Shown: one piece after another, positions 54,618-64,000 of the stretch
Layout of the letters: each line of letters begins with the position of its first letter
Position numbering within the stretch: position 1 is the first letter of the stretch
Assembly (NCBI GenBank): GCA_963677495.2
Contig: CAXXOU010000002.1
Location: 32,001 to 96,000 of the forward strand
DNA length: 64,000 bases
Direction: 5' to 3'
Origin: Candidatus Cloacimonadales bacterium
GTDB taxonomy: Bacteria > Cloacimonadota > Cloacimonadia > Cloacimonadales > JAFGVF01
Program-made: the position numbers and the translations under genes
Notes under the pieces: model-generated
Told to the model about the DNA's origin: nothing
Seen by the model: only the letters and a program-made list of their open reading frames with translations
The model's database searches: none

Positions 54618-56246
54618 ATGAAAATTGGTATAAGACACACTTTTTTAATGCTACTTATCACTTTATTAGCGGTTAACACTCTCTTTGCCCAGAATTCAAT
54701 GGAACTCATCTGGGAGAGCCAAGGAGAACATCCCGACTCTGAATATGGCTCCTCCATGACATCTATGGATTTTAATGGTGATGGTATTGATGACTTGGTA
54801 GTTGGTTCAAGGTCTTATGAACCAGGTGAAACCCCATCTTTACTCGGTAAGATTTATTTCTATTATGGGGGGGGTAATTTTTCAACAACCCCTAATCTAA
54901 CAATTACAGGGTCTTATGCTAGTTACACAGGGGTTTCTTTACACAACTTTGGAGATGTTAATGGGGATGGTTTTGATGATCTTGGGTTATATCGTCGAGA
55001 CCCAATCTATGAGATAAAAGCTGTTATTGATATCTATTATGGAGGAGTAAACTGTGATACAATCCCTGATTTTAGTTATGATATCATGCGAGGAACCGGG
55101 GATGATGAGATTGAAGACATTTTTTCACTTTATCCTTTAGGTGATGTTAATGGAGATGGTTGTTCTGATGCAGGATATGTTCTTCTAGGTATGAGTCACG
55201 TAAATCCCTTTTCTCATTTCTATATTATATATGGTGATGAAGAGGAACCCTATGTAGAGTTCTGGAAAGATACCGGACCGTATCGTAATGGAGATGTCAT
55301 TAGTGGAAGTGCAATACGAGAGATTGGGGATATTAATAGTGATGAGTTTGATGATTTTATTATTGGTTATTTTGATGCTGAAGACCTGTTGACTAAAAAC
55401 TCAATTATCTATGGGGCTACTGTTGTTGATACAATTTTAACGAACATTGTTTTTCAAGGCACTAACTTTCTACCGGGTGGAGTTGCTTGCGGGGATATAA
55501 ATGGAGATAGTGTTGATGATTTCATTGGAGCTAAAAAATATGCCGGTACATGCCCGGGAATATGGCTGGGTGGGAATCAAAGCAATGTAGTACCTGATAT
55601 TCACTTATCAAATTATGGGCAATATAACAATGGAATAGCACATGGTGATTTGAATGGAGATGGTTATTCAGATTTAGTGATTGGTAGTCCTTGCTGGAGT
55701 TTAGATCAGGGAAAGGTCTATTTCTTCTTTGGGCATGAAGACCCCAATGGACTGCGGGATTATGAAATTGAAGCCCCTATCATAAACCATTCTGAATTTG
55801 GGACTTCCGTTGCAATTGGTGATTTTAATAGTGATGGATATGATGATACAGCAGTTGGGGCTCCCGGCACAGGTACAAATTATGCTGGACATGCCTATGT
55901 ATATGCCGGCGATGCATCATTGTATGATACTACAGTATCAATCTCGGATGATACAATCCCTGCACCTTATGGAGTTGAGTTTACAGCATACCCAAATCCC
56001 TTTAATCCATCAGTGCAGTTCAGTGTAAAGACAGATAAAGAGTATAATAAACTTGAAATTCAGATTTATAATGTGAAAGGACAACTTGTAAATATACTTA
56101 ATGCAAGTAAAACTCAAAAGGAGCAAACAGTTACTTGGGATGGAGTCGATAGTAAGGGTAAGAATGTATCTTCCGGGATTTATCTCTGTAAGTTAACTTC
56201 GAGTAATACAATTCTAAGTTCTGTTAAGGTTTCATTGATAAAATAG
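54618..56246 (+). CDS. Secreted FG-GAP (integrin-alpha-like propeller) protein with FlgD-Ig/T9SS-like CTD
   Basis: Signal peptide; seven D.NGDG.DD-type repeats; GAP motif; YPNPFNP...SGIYLCKL. Confidence 0.9.
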   Translation: MKIGIRHTFLMLLITLLAVNTLFAQNSMELIWESQGEHPDSEYGSSMTSMDFNGDGIDDLVVGSRSYEPGETPSLLGKIYFYYGGGNFSTTPNLTITGSYASYTGVSLHNFGDVNGDGFDDLGLYRRDPIYEIKAVIDIYYGGVNCDTIPDFSYDIMRGTGDDEIEDIFSLYPLGDVNGDGCSDAGYVLLGMSHVNPFSHFYIIYGDEEEPYVEFWKDTGPYRNGDVISGSAIREIGDINSDEFDDFIIGYFDAEDLLTKNSIIYGATVVDTILTNIVFQGTNFLPGGVACGDINGDSVDDFIGAKKYAGTCPGIWLGGNQSNVVPDIHLSNYGQYNNGIAHGDLNGDGYSDLVIGSPCWSLDQGKVYFFFGHEDPNGLRDYEIEAPIINHSEFGTSVAIGDFNSDGYDDTAVGAPGTGTNYAGHAYVYAGDASLYDTTVSISDDTIPAPYGVEFTAYPNPFNPSVQFSVKTDKEYNKLEIQIYNVKGQLVNILNASKTQKEQTVTWDGVDSKGKNVSSGIYLCKLTSSNTILSSVKVSLIK

Positions 56247-56386
56247 ATGTAGTCTACTTGCTCCGCAGTGAGCAGTATTGCTGCGAATGTGGGGCGAGGA
56301 AATAAAGAACTTGCCAGTATTAGTCAATGTTTTAATATTCAATCGTAATTAATAGATATGTAGTTAGAACTCCAGCGGAGGATGAT

Positions 56387-58014
56387 ATGAAAATAGGTAG
56401 AAAACACTCTTTTTTAATGCACTTAATTCTTTTAATAGCGATTACCACACTCTTTGCAGAGAATTCAATGGAACTAATCTGGGAGAGCCAAGGAGAGCAT
56501 CCGGACTCTGAGTATGGTTCCTCAATGACCTCAATGGATTTTAATGGTGATGGTATTGATGACTTGGTAGTTGGTTCAAGGTCTTATGAACCAGGTGAAA
56601 CCCCATCTTTACTCGGTAAGATTTATTTCTATTATGGGGGGGGAATTTTTCAACAACCCCTAATCTAACAATTACAGGGGCTTATGCTAGTTACACAGGG
56701 GTTTCTTTACACAACTTTGGAGATGTGAATGGGGATGGCTATGATGATCTTGGGCTTTATCACTATGTATCCAATTATGATATAAAAGCTGTTATCGACA
56801 TTTACTATGGAGGTGTAAATTGTGATACAATCCCTGATTTTAGTTATGATATCATGCGAGGAACCGGGGATGATGAGATATGGGACATTTTTTCACTTTA
56901 TCCTTTAGGTGATGTTAATGGAGATGGTTGTTCTGATGCAGGATATGTTCTTCTAGGTATGAGTCACGTAAATCCCTTTTCTCATTTCTATATTATATAT
57001 GGTGATGAAGAGGAACCCTATGTAGAGTTCTGGAAAGATACCGGACCGTATCGTAATGGAGATGTCATTAGTGGAAGTGCAATACGAGAGATTGGGGATA
57101 TTAATAGTGATGAGTTTGATGATTTTATTATTGGTTATTTTGATGCTGAAGACCTGTTGACTAAAAACTCAATTATCTATGGGGCTACTGTTGTTGATAC
57201 AATTTTAACGAACATTGTTTTTCAAGGTACTAACTTTCTACCGGGTGGAGTTGCTTGCGGGGATATAAATGGAGATAGTGTTGATGATTTTATTGGAGCT
57301 AAAAAATATGTCGGTACATGTCCGGGAGTTTGGTTGGGTGGAAATCAGAACAATGTAGTCCCTGATATTCACTTATCCAACTATGGGCAATATGAGAATG
57401 GAATTGCACATGGGGATTTGAATAATGATGGGTACTCAGATTTAGTGATTGGTAGTCCTTGCTGGAGTTTAGATCAGGGAAAGGTCTATTTCTTCTTTGG
57501 GAATGATGAGCCCAATGGACTGCGGGATTATGAGATTGAAGCTCCTATAATCACCAGCTCAGAGTTTGGTACATCATTAGCAATTGGTGATTTCAATAAT
57601 GATGGATGTGATGATGTAGCAGTTGGAGCTCCTGGAAGAGGATCTCAGTATGCCGGACATGCCTATGTATATGCTGGAGATGCATCATTGTATGATACTA
57701 CAGTATCAATCTTGGATGATACAATTCCTACACCTTATGGAGTTGAGTTTACAGCATACCCAAATCCCTTTAATCCATCAGTGCAGTTCAGTGTAAAGAC
57801 AGATAAAGAGTATAATAAACTTGAAATACAGATTTATAATGTGAAAGGACAACTTGTTAATACTTTGAATACAGGTAAAGTGCAAAGAGATCAAACAGTT
57901 ACTTGGGGCGGAGTCGATAGTAAAGATAATAAGGTAGCTTCCGGAGTATACTTATGTAAGCTAACCTTCGGGAATACTATTTTAAGTTCTGTTAAGGTGT
58001 CTTTGATAAAATAG
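56387..58014 (+). pseudogene. Tandem paralog of the FG-GAP protein, frameshifted at a G8 tract (phase-variable, pseudogene or sequencing error)
   Basis: ORFs 56387..56668 and 56725..58014 are collinear with 54618..56246; TAT-G8-AATTTTT (G8 at 56636-56643) versus TAT-G8-T-AATTTTT in copy 1. Confidence 0.85.
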
Positions 58015-58040
58015 ATGTAGTATTGGGATTCTATCACCAT

Positions 58041-58146
58041 TCCCGCCCCACGCTTCTTTGCGGTGCAGGTATGATGATTGAACTTGCACCCGTCTTCATT
58101 CCACTTCGCCGTGGCAGGCCGTAACGGAGTGTGGGGCGAGGGCAAC
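58041..58146. repeat. Inverted pair of REP-like module A, one with a nested insertion
   Basis: CCCGCCCCACGCTTCTTTGCGGTGCAGGT and ACTTGCACC[...]GTAACGGAGTGTGGGGCGAG; related copy at 56254-56300. Confidence 0.7.
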
Positions 58147-58242
58147 AAGATCACGGTAATAATTTGGGTGAGTACTTATGTAGGACTCAAAAATTTCAAC
58201 TAATCAAACATTTGGAGATTTTATGTACAAGACAATTCAGCT

Positions 58243-59013
58243 TTGAACATTTACAGAGCAATTCTAATAGATCAGCTGGTAGAGGAGCAAAAGGATTGGG
58301 GCTTATGTATGGATAAAGCTTTTAGTATTACCGGTATAATAAAAGGTGATTTTGATTTGTTAGTAATATTCTATCAATCCCTTATAGACAATCCTCCAAC
58401 ATATTTAACTGTGACAGAAGAAGCTGACTACATAGCACTTTTATCTGATTATATAAAGAAATGTAAAATTGCAGTTGGAGACAAAGACGGTGCAAAAATT
58501 ATAGTTCAAGATAGAATTGATAATCCTGATTCCGAGCTTGATCAACTATGTGCAACAATGGACCTAAACAATATTGAACTTCTTGAAGTGATAGAAGATA
58601 CAAGTAAACAACAGGATAACGTGGAAGATAAGATGAAACGAATAACAGGAATAATGAAGAAGAACTCAGAGTGTTGGACTAGATACAATAGTCTTATAGG
58701 ATTCAATACTGAGGATTATGAGAATACTCCACTACCTACAAAGGTTACTTTGAATAACTACCCAAATCCATTTAATCCTGAGACCACAATTAAATACTAT
58801 CTACCTGAACAATCAGATGTAAAACTGAGCGTTTATAATATCAGAGGACAGAAAGTTAAGCAATTAGCTAATGACCACTTTGATTCCGGGTATCACACAA
58901 TTAGATGGGATGGCACAGATAAGAATAATAAATCTGTCTCTTCTGGAATATATTTCTATAGGATTGAAACAGAGAGAAGCAATATTACCCAAAAGATGAT
59001 GTTATTGAAATAA
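58243..59013 (+). CDS. Probably 5'-truncated protein with FlgD-Ig/T9SS-like CTD
   Basis: NYPNPFNPETTIKY...SGIYFYRI CTD but no signal peptide; in-frame stop at 58201; REP cluster directly upstream. Confidence 0.6.
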   Translation: MNIYRAILIDQLVEEQKDWGLCMDKAFSITGIIKGDFDLLVIFYQSLIDNPPTYLTVTEEADYIALLSDYIKKCKIAVGDKDGAKIIVQDRIDNPDSELDQLCATMDLNNIELLEVIEDTSKQQDNVEDKMKRITGIMKKNSECWTRYNSLIGFNTEDYENTPLPTKVTLNNYPNPFNPETTIKYYLPEQSDVKLSVYNIRGQKVKQLANDHFDSGYHTIRWDGTDKNNKSVSSGIYFYRIETERSNITQKMMLLK

Positions 59014-59027
59014 AGGATGATTTTATC

Positions 59028-59057
59028 AAAAGGGAACCTATTGCAGGTTCCCTTTTT
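59028..59057. terminator. Bidirectional terminator, copy 2 of the 30-bp duplicate
   Basis: Identical to 54448-54477. Confidence 0.85.
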
Positions 59058-59072
59058 TCATTTATTGAATCT

Positions 59073-59945
59073 TTATTTCTTATCCAAAACAACTGTTTTA
59101 AGATAATCTCTGTAGTAACAGTTAGGTAGATTATTAATAACTTCCTGCATCTGCTCATCATTAATGAAGCCTTTGTTATATGCAGCTTCTTCTATACAAC
59201 CGATCTTGAGACCTTGACGTTTCTCTACGGCTGCAATGAAGCTTGACGCTTCTAGAAGTGAGTCAGGTGTACCTGAATCTAACCAAGCTATTCCTCTACC
59301 CAGTGGTCTTACTTTAAGCTTATTTCTTTCAAGATAAACCTTATTAACATCAGTTATCTCTAATTCACCTCTAGCGGAAGGAGTAATGTTTTTAGCAATA
59401 TCAACAACTTCTGAATTGTAAATATAAAGCCCCGGTACTGCATAATTAGATTTAGGTACTTTAGGTTTCTCTTCTAATGATACAGCTTTCATATTGTTAT
59501 CAAACTCTACAACACCGTAACGCTCAGGATCTGTTACATAATACCCAAATACAGTTGCGTCAGTATTCTCATTAATACTCTTTCTTAAGAACTCAAGATA
59601 ACCATAGAATATGTTGTCACCAAGGATAAGAACAACATTATCATCACCAATGAAATCTTCACCTATAATGAAGGCTTCAGCAATACCTTTTGGTTGATCT
59701 TGTAATGCATATTCAATCTTTAAACCAATATGGGAACCATCACCAAAGAGCTCCCTATACCAAGGTAATGTTTGCTCATTAGATATGATTAAAATTTCAT
59801 TGATGCCAGCCATTATCAGGGTTGATAGTGGATAGTAAATCATTGGTTTATCATAAATAGCTACCAGTTGTTTTGAATAAATCTTAGTAATAGGATACAA
59901 TCGTGAACCTGCACCACCGGCAAGTATTATACCTTTAGTTTTCAT
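59073..59945 (-). CDS. rfbA: Glucose-1-phosphate thymidylyltransferase
   Basis: GIILAGGAGSRLYP, YDKPMIYYPL, LGDNIF, EEKP, SARGELEITD, WLDSGT. Confidence 0.95.
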   Translation of the reverse strand: MKTKGIILAGGAGSRLYPITKIYSKQLVAIYDKPMIYYPLSTLIMAGINEILIISNEQTLPWYRELFGDGSHIGLKIEYALQDQPKGIAEAFIIGEDFIGDDNVVLILGDNIFYGYLEFLRKSINENTDATVFGYYVTDPERYGVVEFDNNMKAVSLEEKPKVPKSNYAVPGLYIYNSEVVDIAKNITPSARGELEITDVNKVYLERNKLKVRPLGRGIAWLDSGTPDSLLEASSFIAAVEKRQGLKIGCIEEAAYNKGFINDEQMQEVINNLPNCYYRDYLKTVVLDKK

Positions 59946-60906
59946 TTGAAACCCCACCTTTAAAAATTATATCTATTGTTTTTGCTTGTTCTAAAGCATC
60001 ATTATACCACTTGTTAATCTCTTCCTTATCATCAAGGTTTTTTATAAAATAATCTATTTCTTGTGCGAAATGGTCACAAGGTGCTAAAGAAACTTCACTT
60101 TTCTTACCATGAACTTCTATAGTAAGGGTTGAGGAAAAGCTTTTTGGTAATGAAAATGCTCTAGTAAGAGTCAGTTTACCTTTAGTTCCCCAGACTGTAT
60201 AGCTGTTCTGATAAAAGTTATTAAACCCAAAAGTAAGGTTCGCTGATTGATTCTTTCCAAAATCCATTATAACAGTACCATGAATATCTAAATCATCTTC
60301 ATTGTTGTGCAAAACTGATTTGATGGATAGAGGGTTTCTTTTAAAGAAATGTCTACTGAAATGAACAGTATAAGCACCAGCATCAAGAAGTGCACCCCCC
60401 CCCATTGCTTTATTGAATCTGAAATTTTCTTTAGGTAATGGCGGGAAACCAAAAGTAGCACTAAGGTTCACCACATCTCCGATCGTGCCATCAGAAATTA
60501 CATCTCTAACATACTGATGTTGTGTGTGATATTGGTACATAAAACCTTCGAGTAAAGCAACATTCTTAGACTTACAAAATTCAACGAGTTCTTTTGCTTC
60601 TTTATAAGTAGATGTCATTGATTTCTCGCAAAGAATGTGCAAACCATGTTTAGCAGCTTCAATCGCTAAATCGAAGTGTGTACCTGTAGGTGTCGATATA
60701 TATACAGCTTCTAAGTCATGATTGAAAAACTCATCTAATGACTTACATGCTTCGCAGTTAAACTGCTTTGCGTATGTAAGACATTTATCATTATCAATAT
60801 CATACACTGCCCTTAAATCAATGTTCTCATGATTAGCAATAACAGGTAAAACGCTGCGAATTGATACATACCCTAATCCAATTACTCCTATTCTTACTTT
60901 TGACAT
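59935..60906 (-). CDS. Gfo/Idh/MocA oxidoreductase, likely NDP-hexose 3-ketoreductase
   Basis: IGVIGLG, HILCEKS, EGFMYQYH, GGGALLDAGAY; adjacent to the 2,3-dehydratase. Confidence 0.8.
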   Translation of the reverse strand: MSKVRIGVIGLGYVSIRSVLPVIANHENIDLRAVYDIDNDKCLTYAKQFNCEACKSLDEFFNHDLEAVYISTPTGTHFDLAIEAAKHGLHILCEKSMTSTYKEAKELVEFCKSKNVALLEGFMYQYHTQHQYVRDVISDGTIGDVVNLSATFGFPPLPKENFRFNKAMGGGALLDAGAYTVHFSRHFFKRNPLSIKSVLHNNEDDLDIHGTVIMDFGKNQSANLTFGFNNFYQNSYTVWGTKGKLTLTRAFSLPKSFSSTLTIEVHGKKSEVSLAPCDHFAQEIDYFIKNLDDKEEINKWYNDALEQAKTIDIIFKGGVSNEN

Positions 60907-60907
60907 A

Positions 60908-62404
60908 CTACCTCCATTTAATAGTAGAAATGACACTTCTAAGTTCAATATTTAAAGTCGATGCAAACAGTGACATCTGTTTCAGCTGATTCAATGTCAT
61001 CAAGGCAAAAGTAGCTTCATCATGCATTGGTAGTTGCCCAACATTCAAAATCATATTCCGATTCTCTTCTCTAAAGAACCTACCACCTTCTTCGCTTTGC
61101 ATCGCATCACTCAAAATAGAGCTACCATTATCTACATAATTTATATATGGGATTGCTTTTCTATCGTCGTAGTTCGATGTGATACATTGAATAGTTGGAG
61201 CCATCTCCATATTATCTATCAGTCCGCATTCCATCTTGAATTGCACCAAGTAGTAACTCACACCGTCTATAACAGTAGTCACAAGTGCAATAATCCCACT
61301 ATTGCTTTGTTTCACTATAGGTTGATCCCATTTGATAACTTCTCTGTGGCTTGCTTCTACTGCAACACCCATTATCTCATAGAATCTATTATCAGGTCTC
61401 TTAATCGAATAATCTGAGGAATCCCAATCTTTCATATCCTGAAGAGGGATGAATTTCTTATCGATAATGCACTTGTATCTTTCGTTTGTGAAACTACTGA
61501 TATGCTGATTGATACTCTTCAAAGTTGGTGTGTTAGGATGAGCTGAAATGATGTTACTAAGTGCATATTCAGAGATCTCTTTATCAAACATAGAGAAACT
61601 ATTTAAACATGCTCTTAAAGACTCTCTCTCAATCTCTTTCAATGAATCTGGTCTTTCCGGTAACAGGTTTAAGCATGCTATGATACTTCTAGTATCCATG
61701 TTAACATGATTGTCAAATTGGTTAAAATGTACTAACTGACCCAATGTCATCCAGCGGAAGTTATCACCAAGCTCAATCTTCTCATTCTCATCAACAAGCA
61801 CCACAATGTTTCTATTTCGTTTATGGAAGAATCTCGTACCTTGCTCACTTTGGAATCTGTCTAATAAGACTACTCCCTTCTTTTCACCATTGAAGTACTC
61901 AAGGAAGGTCGTTGCTTTTCCTCCATGCAATCTAAGATAGTTACTTCTTGTTGCTTGAACAGTAGGGGAGAGCTGGAAAGTGTTAATATTCCCCGGTTCA
62001 GCTTTTGCTTGAACGAGGAAATGTAGGACACCATCAATCTTCTTAACTACGAAACCAAGTATACCGATTTCAGGTTGGAAGATAATTGGTTGATCCCAGC
62101 TTTTTTCTTCTTTGTATTGTGACTCAAGATGCAATCCTCTAATCCTAAAGAATCCACCTGTATGATGACCAATCTCTCCTTTATCTTTATCCCAAACCCA
62201 CTGCTTCATCTCATTCAATGGAACTTGCTTAACATCGAACAATTGCTTACTGTTCAATGCTCTTAACCATGTGCGTAGTTCCTCTATTGATGATACTGTT
62301 GATGTCTCAATTTGTGATGAAATCAACAAATCAAGGTTAATATCATCTTGTTTATAATGAAGTATTGACTTCAGGTCTGACTTTAAAGCATTCAGATTAG
62401 TCAT
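60908..62404 (-). CDS. NDP-hexose 2,3-dehydratase
   Basis: Duplicated domain: WDQPII.QPEIGILG, QAKAEPGN, QLSPTVQATRSNY, QSEQGTRF / QSEEGGRF. Confidence 0.92.
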   Translation of the reverse strand: MTNLNALKSDLKSILHYKQDDINLDLLISSQIETSTVSSIEELRTWLRALNSKQLFDVKQVPLNEMKQWVWDKDKGEIGHHTGGFFRIRGLHLESQYKEEKSWDQPIIFQPEIGILGFVVKKIDGVLHFLVQAKAEPGNINTFQLSPTVQATRSNYLRLHGGKATTFLEYFNGEKKGVVLLDRFQSEQGTRFFHKRNRNIVVLVDENEKIELGDNFRWMTLGQLVHFNQFDNHVNMDTRSIIACLNLLPERPDSLKEIERESLRACLNSFSMFDKEISEYALSNIISAHPNTPTLKSINQHISSFTNERYKCIIDKKFIPLQDMKDWDSSDYSIKRPDNRFYEIMGVAVEASHREVIKWDQPIVKQSNSGIIALVTTVIDGVSYYLVQFKMECGLIDNMEMAPTIQCITSNYDDRKAIPYINYVDNGSSILSDAMQSEEGGRFFREENRNMILNVGQLPMHDEATFALMTLNQLKQMSLFASTLNIELRSVISTIKWR

Positions 62405-63539
62405 AAAGCTTCTCTAAAACTTTCTTCATTGAGTTAATGCAATGCTCCAATCCTTCAGTTGCGAGGTCAGCATAAAGAGGTAATCTAACTAATCTTGATG
62501 CTATATCTTCTGTGATTGGTAGTGAGTCAGCTTTATAGCCATAACGTTGTCCCATTGGAGCAGAGTGTAACGGCATGTAACCAATATATGCAAAGACTTC
62601 ATCCTTCTTAAGCTGTTCTATGAACTTATCTCTTGATTCTGCTTTATCAAACACAACCCAGAAGGCATGATAGTTAACAATCATATCATCATTCAAATGC
62701 GGGATAACCAAATCACCTTTATCTTCATAAGGAGTATAAAGCTCAGTGTATGCATCGAATACTACTTTCCTCTTTGCAAAGATATCATCTTCAGCTTCCA
62801 TTTGAGCATAGAGTTGTGCAGAAAGTATGTCTGCTAACAAGAAACTTGAACCCAAATCTACCCAATGGTATTTACTCTTAACTCCGCTTAGGACCAAAGA
62901 TCTGTCAGTTCCTTTTTCTTGTAAAAAATGAGCTCTTTGCACAAACTTTGGATTATTTATTACTAATGCTCCACCTTCTCCGCAAGTTATATTCTTGGTT
63001 TCATGGAAACTAAATGTTGCAAAGTCTGCCCACGCCCCGGTAGCCTTACCTTTATAATATGAGCCATAAGATTGAGCGGTGTCATGCATAACAAGAAGAT
63101 CATGTTTTTTAGCAATCTCCATCACTTTATCAATCTCACAAGGGATACCGGCATAATCAATAGGAACAATAAGTTTAGTTTTAGGAGTTATAAGATCCTC
63201 TATTTTGGTTACATCTATATTCATAGTCAACTGATCTATTTCACAGAATACCGGCTTCGCATTTCTAAGTACAAGAGCATTCACAGTAGAACTAAATGTA
63301 TAAGAAGGGACAATAACTTCATCACCCTCCTCAAGATTAGCTAATAATGCTCCCATCTCTAAAGCAGAAGTCCCTGAAGGAGTTAAGAAAACCTCTCCTA
63401 ATCCATGTTTCTCTTGCATGTGTGCAATGGCTTTTCTCGCAAAACCATGATTCCCACAATGACGTTTGCTCTCTAAAGCTTCCTGGATGTAATCACCCTC
63501 TTTCCCTGTTAGATAAGGTATGTTAAATGGGATTCTCAT
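62397..63539 (-). CDS. rffA: dTDP-4-amino-4,6-dideoxygalactose transaminase (WecE/RffA family)
   Basis: MRIPFN, TSALEM, PSYTFSST, FSFHETKNITCGEGG, EKGTDRS, WVDLGSSF. Confidence 0.85.
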   Translation of the reverse strand: MRIPFNIPYLTGKEGDYIQEALESKRHCGNHGFARKAIAHMQEKHGLGEVFLTPSGTSALEMGALLANLEEGDEVIVPSYTFSSTVNALVLRNAKPVFCEIDQLTMNIDVTKIEDLITPKTKLIVPIDYAGIPCEIDKVMEIAKKHDLLVMHDTAQSYGSYYKGKATGAWADFATFSFHETKNITCGEGGALVINNPKFVQRAHFLQEKGTDRSLVLSGVKSKYHWVDLGSSFLLADILSAQLYAQMEAEDDIFAKRKVVFDAYTELYTPYEDKGDLVIPHLNDDMIVNYHAFWVVFDKAESRDKFIEQLKKDEVFAYIGYMPLHSAPMGQRYGYKADSLPITEDIASRLVRLPLYADLATEGLEHCINSMKKVLEKLYD

Positions 63540-63660
63540 CTGAATATTTTACCTACTTTTTAATCATTTACACTCTCATCGAGTTTGAATGATTATAAGC
63601 CCTTTTATTTTGTTAAGTGTCAAGTAAAAATAGTATTAATTTGAACTATCCAACCTGCTT

Positions 63661-63802
63661 CATTGCTCTATCATAATTAGGAGCACAATTTACTGGGTTT
63701 CTGCCCCAACAATTATGAAACACTTGTCCTCAACCCCCAGGGTTGCCCAAGAGACTCACAGGATTTCCTAACTTTTCTTTGCGTTATTAAGATAGAGCGA
63801 TG
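63661..63802. repeat. Degenerate palindromic element with TTGCTCT termini
   Basis: CATTGCTCTATC / GATAGAGCGATG ends 142 bp apart; weak internal 11-bp phasing. Confidence 0.5.
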
Positions 63803-63870
63803 CATGATTAATAAGTATGACTAATAATATATTGACACATAAAACTAATTATATAACATTTGCATATTGA

Positions 63871-63946
63871 GCGGGTTTGGCTCAGTTGGTAGAGCATCAG
63901 CTTCCCAAGCTGAATGTCGCGGGTTCGAGTCCCGTAACCCGCTCCA
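63871..63946 (+). tRNA. tRNA-Gly (CCC)
   Basis: GCGGGTT..TCAGC-TT-CCC-AA-GCTGA..GTTCGAGT..AACCCGC-T-CCA. Confidence 0.95.
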
Positions 63947-64000
63947 GCTTTATTATCCTTATTGTTAAAAAATCCTTGACTACTGCAAACATCCATTAAA

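Noticed and set aside
54618..58014. Diversity-generating retroelement (TR/VR pair)
   Set aside because: Whole-gene duplication, differences are not adenine-specific, and no reverse transcriptase is in the window.

Overview
Chromosomal 64-kb window of an AT-rich anaerobic bacterium, most likely Candidatus Cloacimonadota. This is inferred from the 16S sequence as I recall it and from several secreted proteins with FlgD-Ig/T9SS-like C-terminal 'PNPFNP' domains. Housekeeping content: ttcA, tRNA-Leu-tig-clpP-clpX, patB-dapD, an oxidative-stress cluster (superoxide reductase, wHTH, rubrerythrin, rubredoxin, ferritin-like), rpsO-pnp-ahcY followed by nucleotide-sugar genes, a NusG paralog, galE, ugd, tadA and tRNA-Ser, a PlpD-like patatin, tsaD, an NtrC-type regulator, ABC exporters, ettA, a complete rrn operon (16S-Ile-Ala-23S-5S), and a 2-deoxy/4-amino sugar operon. 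The unusual signal is intergenic. (1) About 11 palindromic elements of ~85-290 bp are built from short cores repeated at an 11-bp period and inverted at a centre; the core differs between copies (CGGG, CCAAG, CCACGG, CACTG, CTAACGGG, CTATT). One copy contains the predicted promoter of a small uncharacterised gene plus a back-to-back pair of perfect DnaA boxes. (2) Two accessory cassettes (ABC-ATPase + TOPRIM-like defence pair; tandem FG-GAP genes) are each bracketed by an exact duplication of a Rho-independent terminator. (3) Mosaic clusters of shuffled REP-like modules occur, one with a probable RAYT/Y1 transposase remnant. No CRISPR array, intact transposase, integrase or reverse transcriptase was seen.
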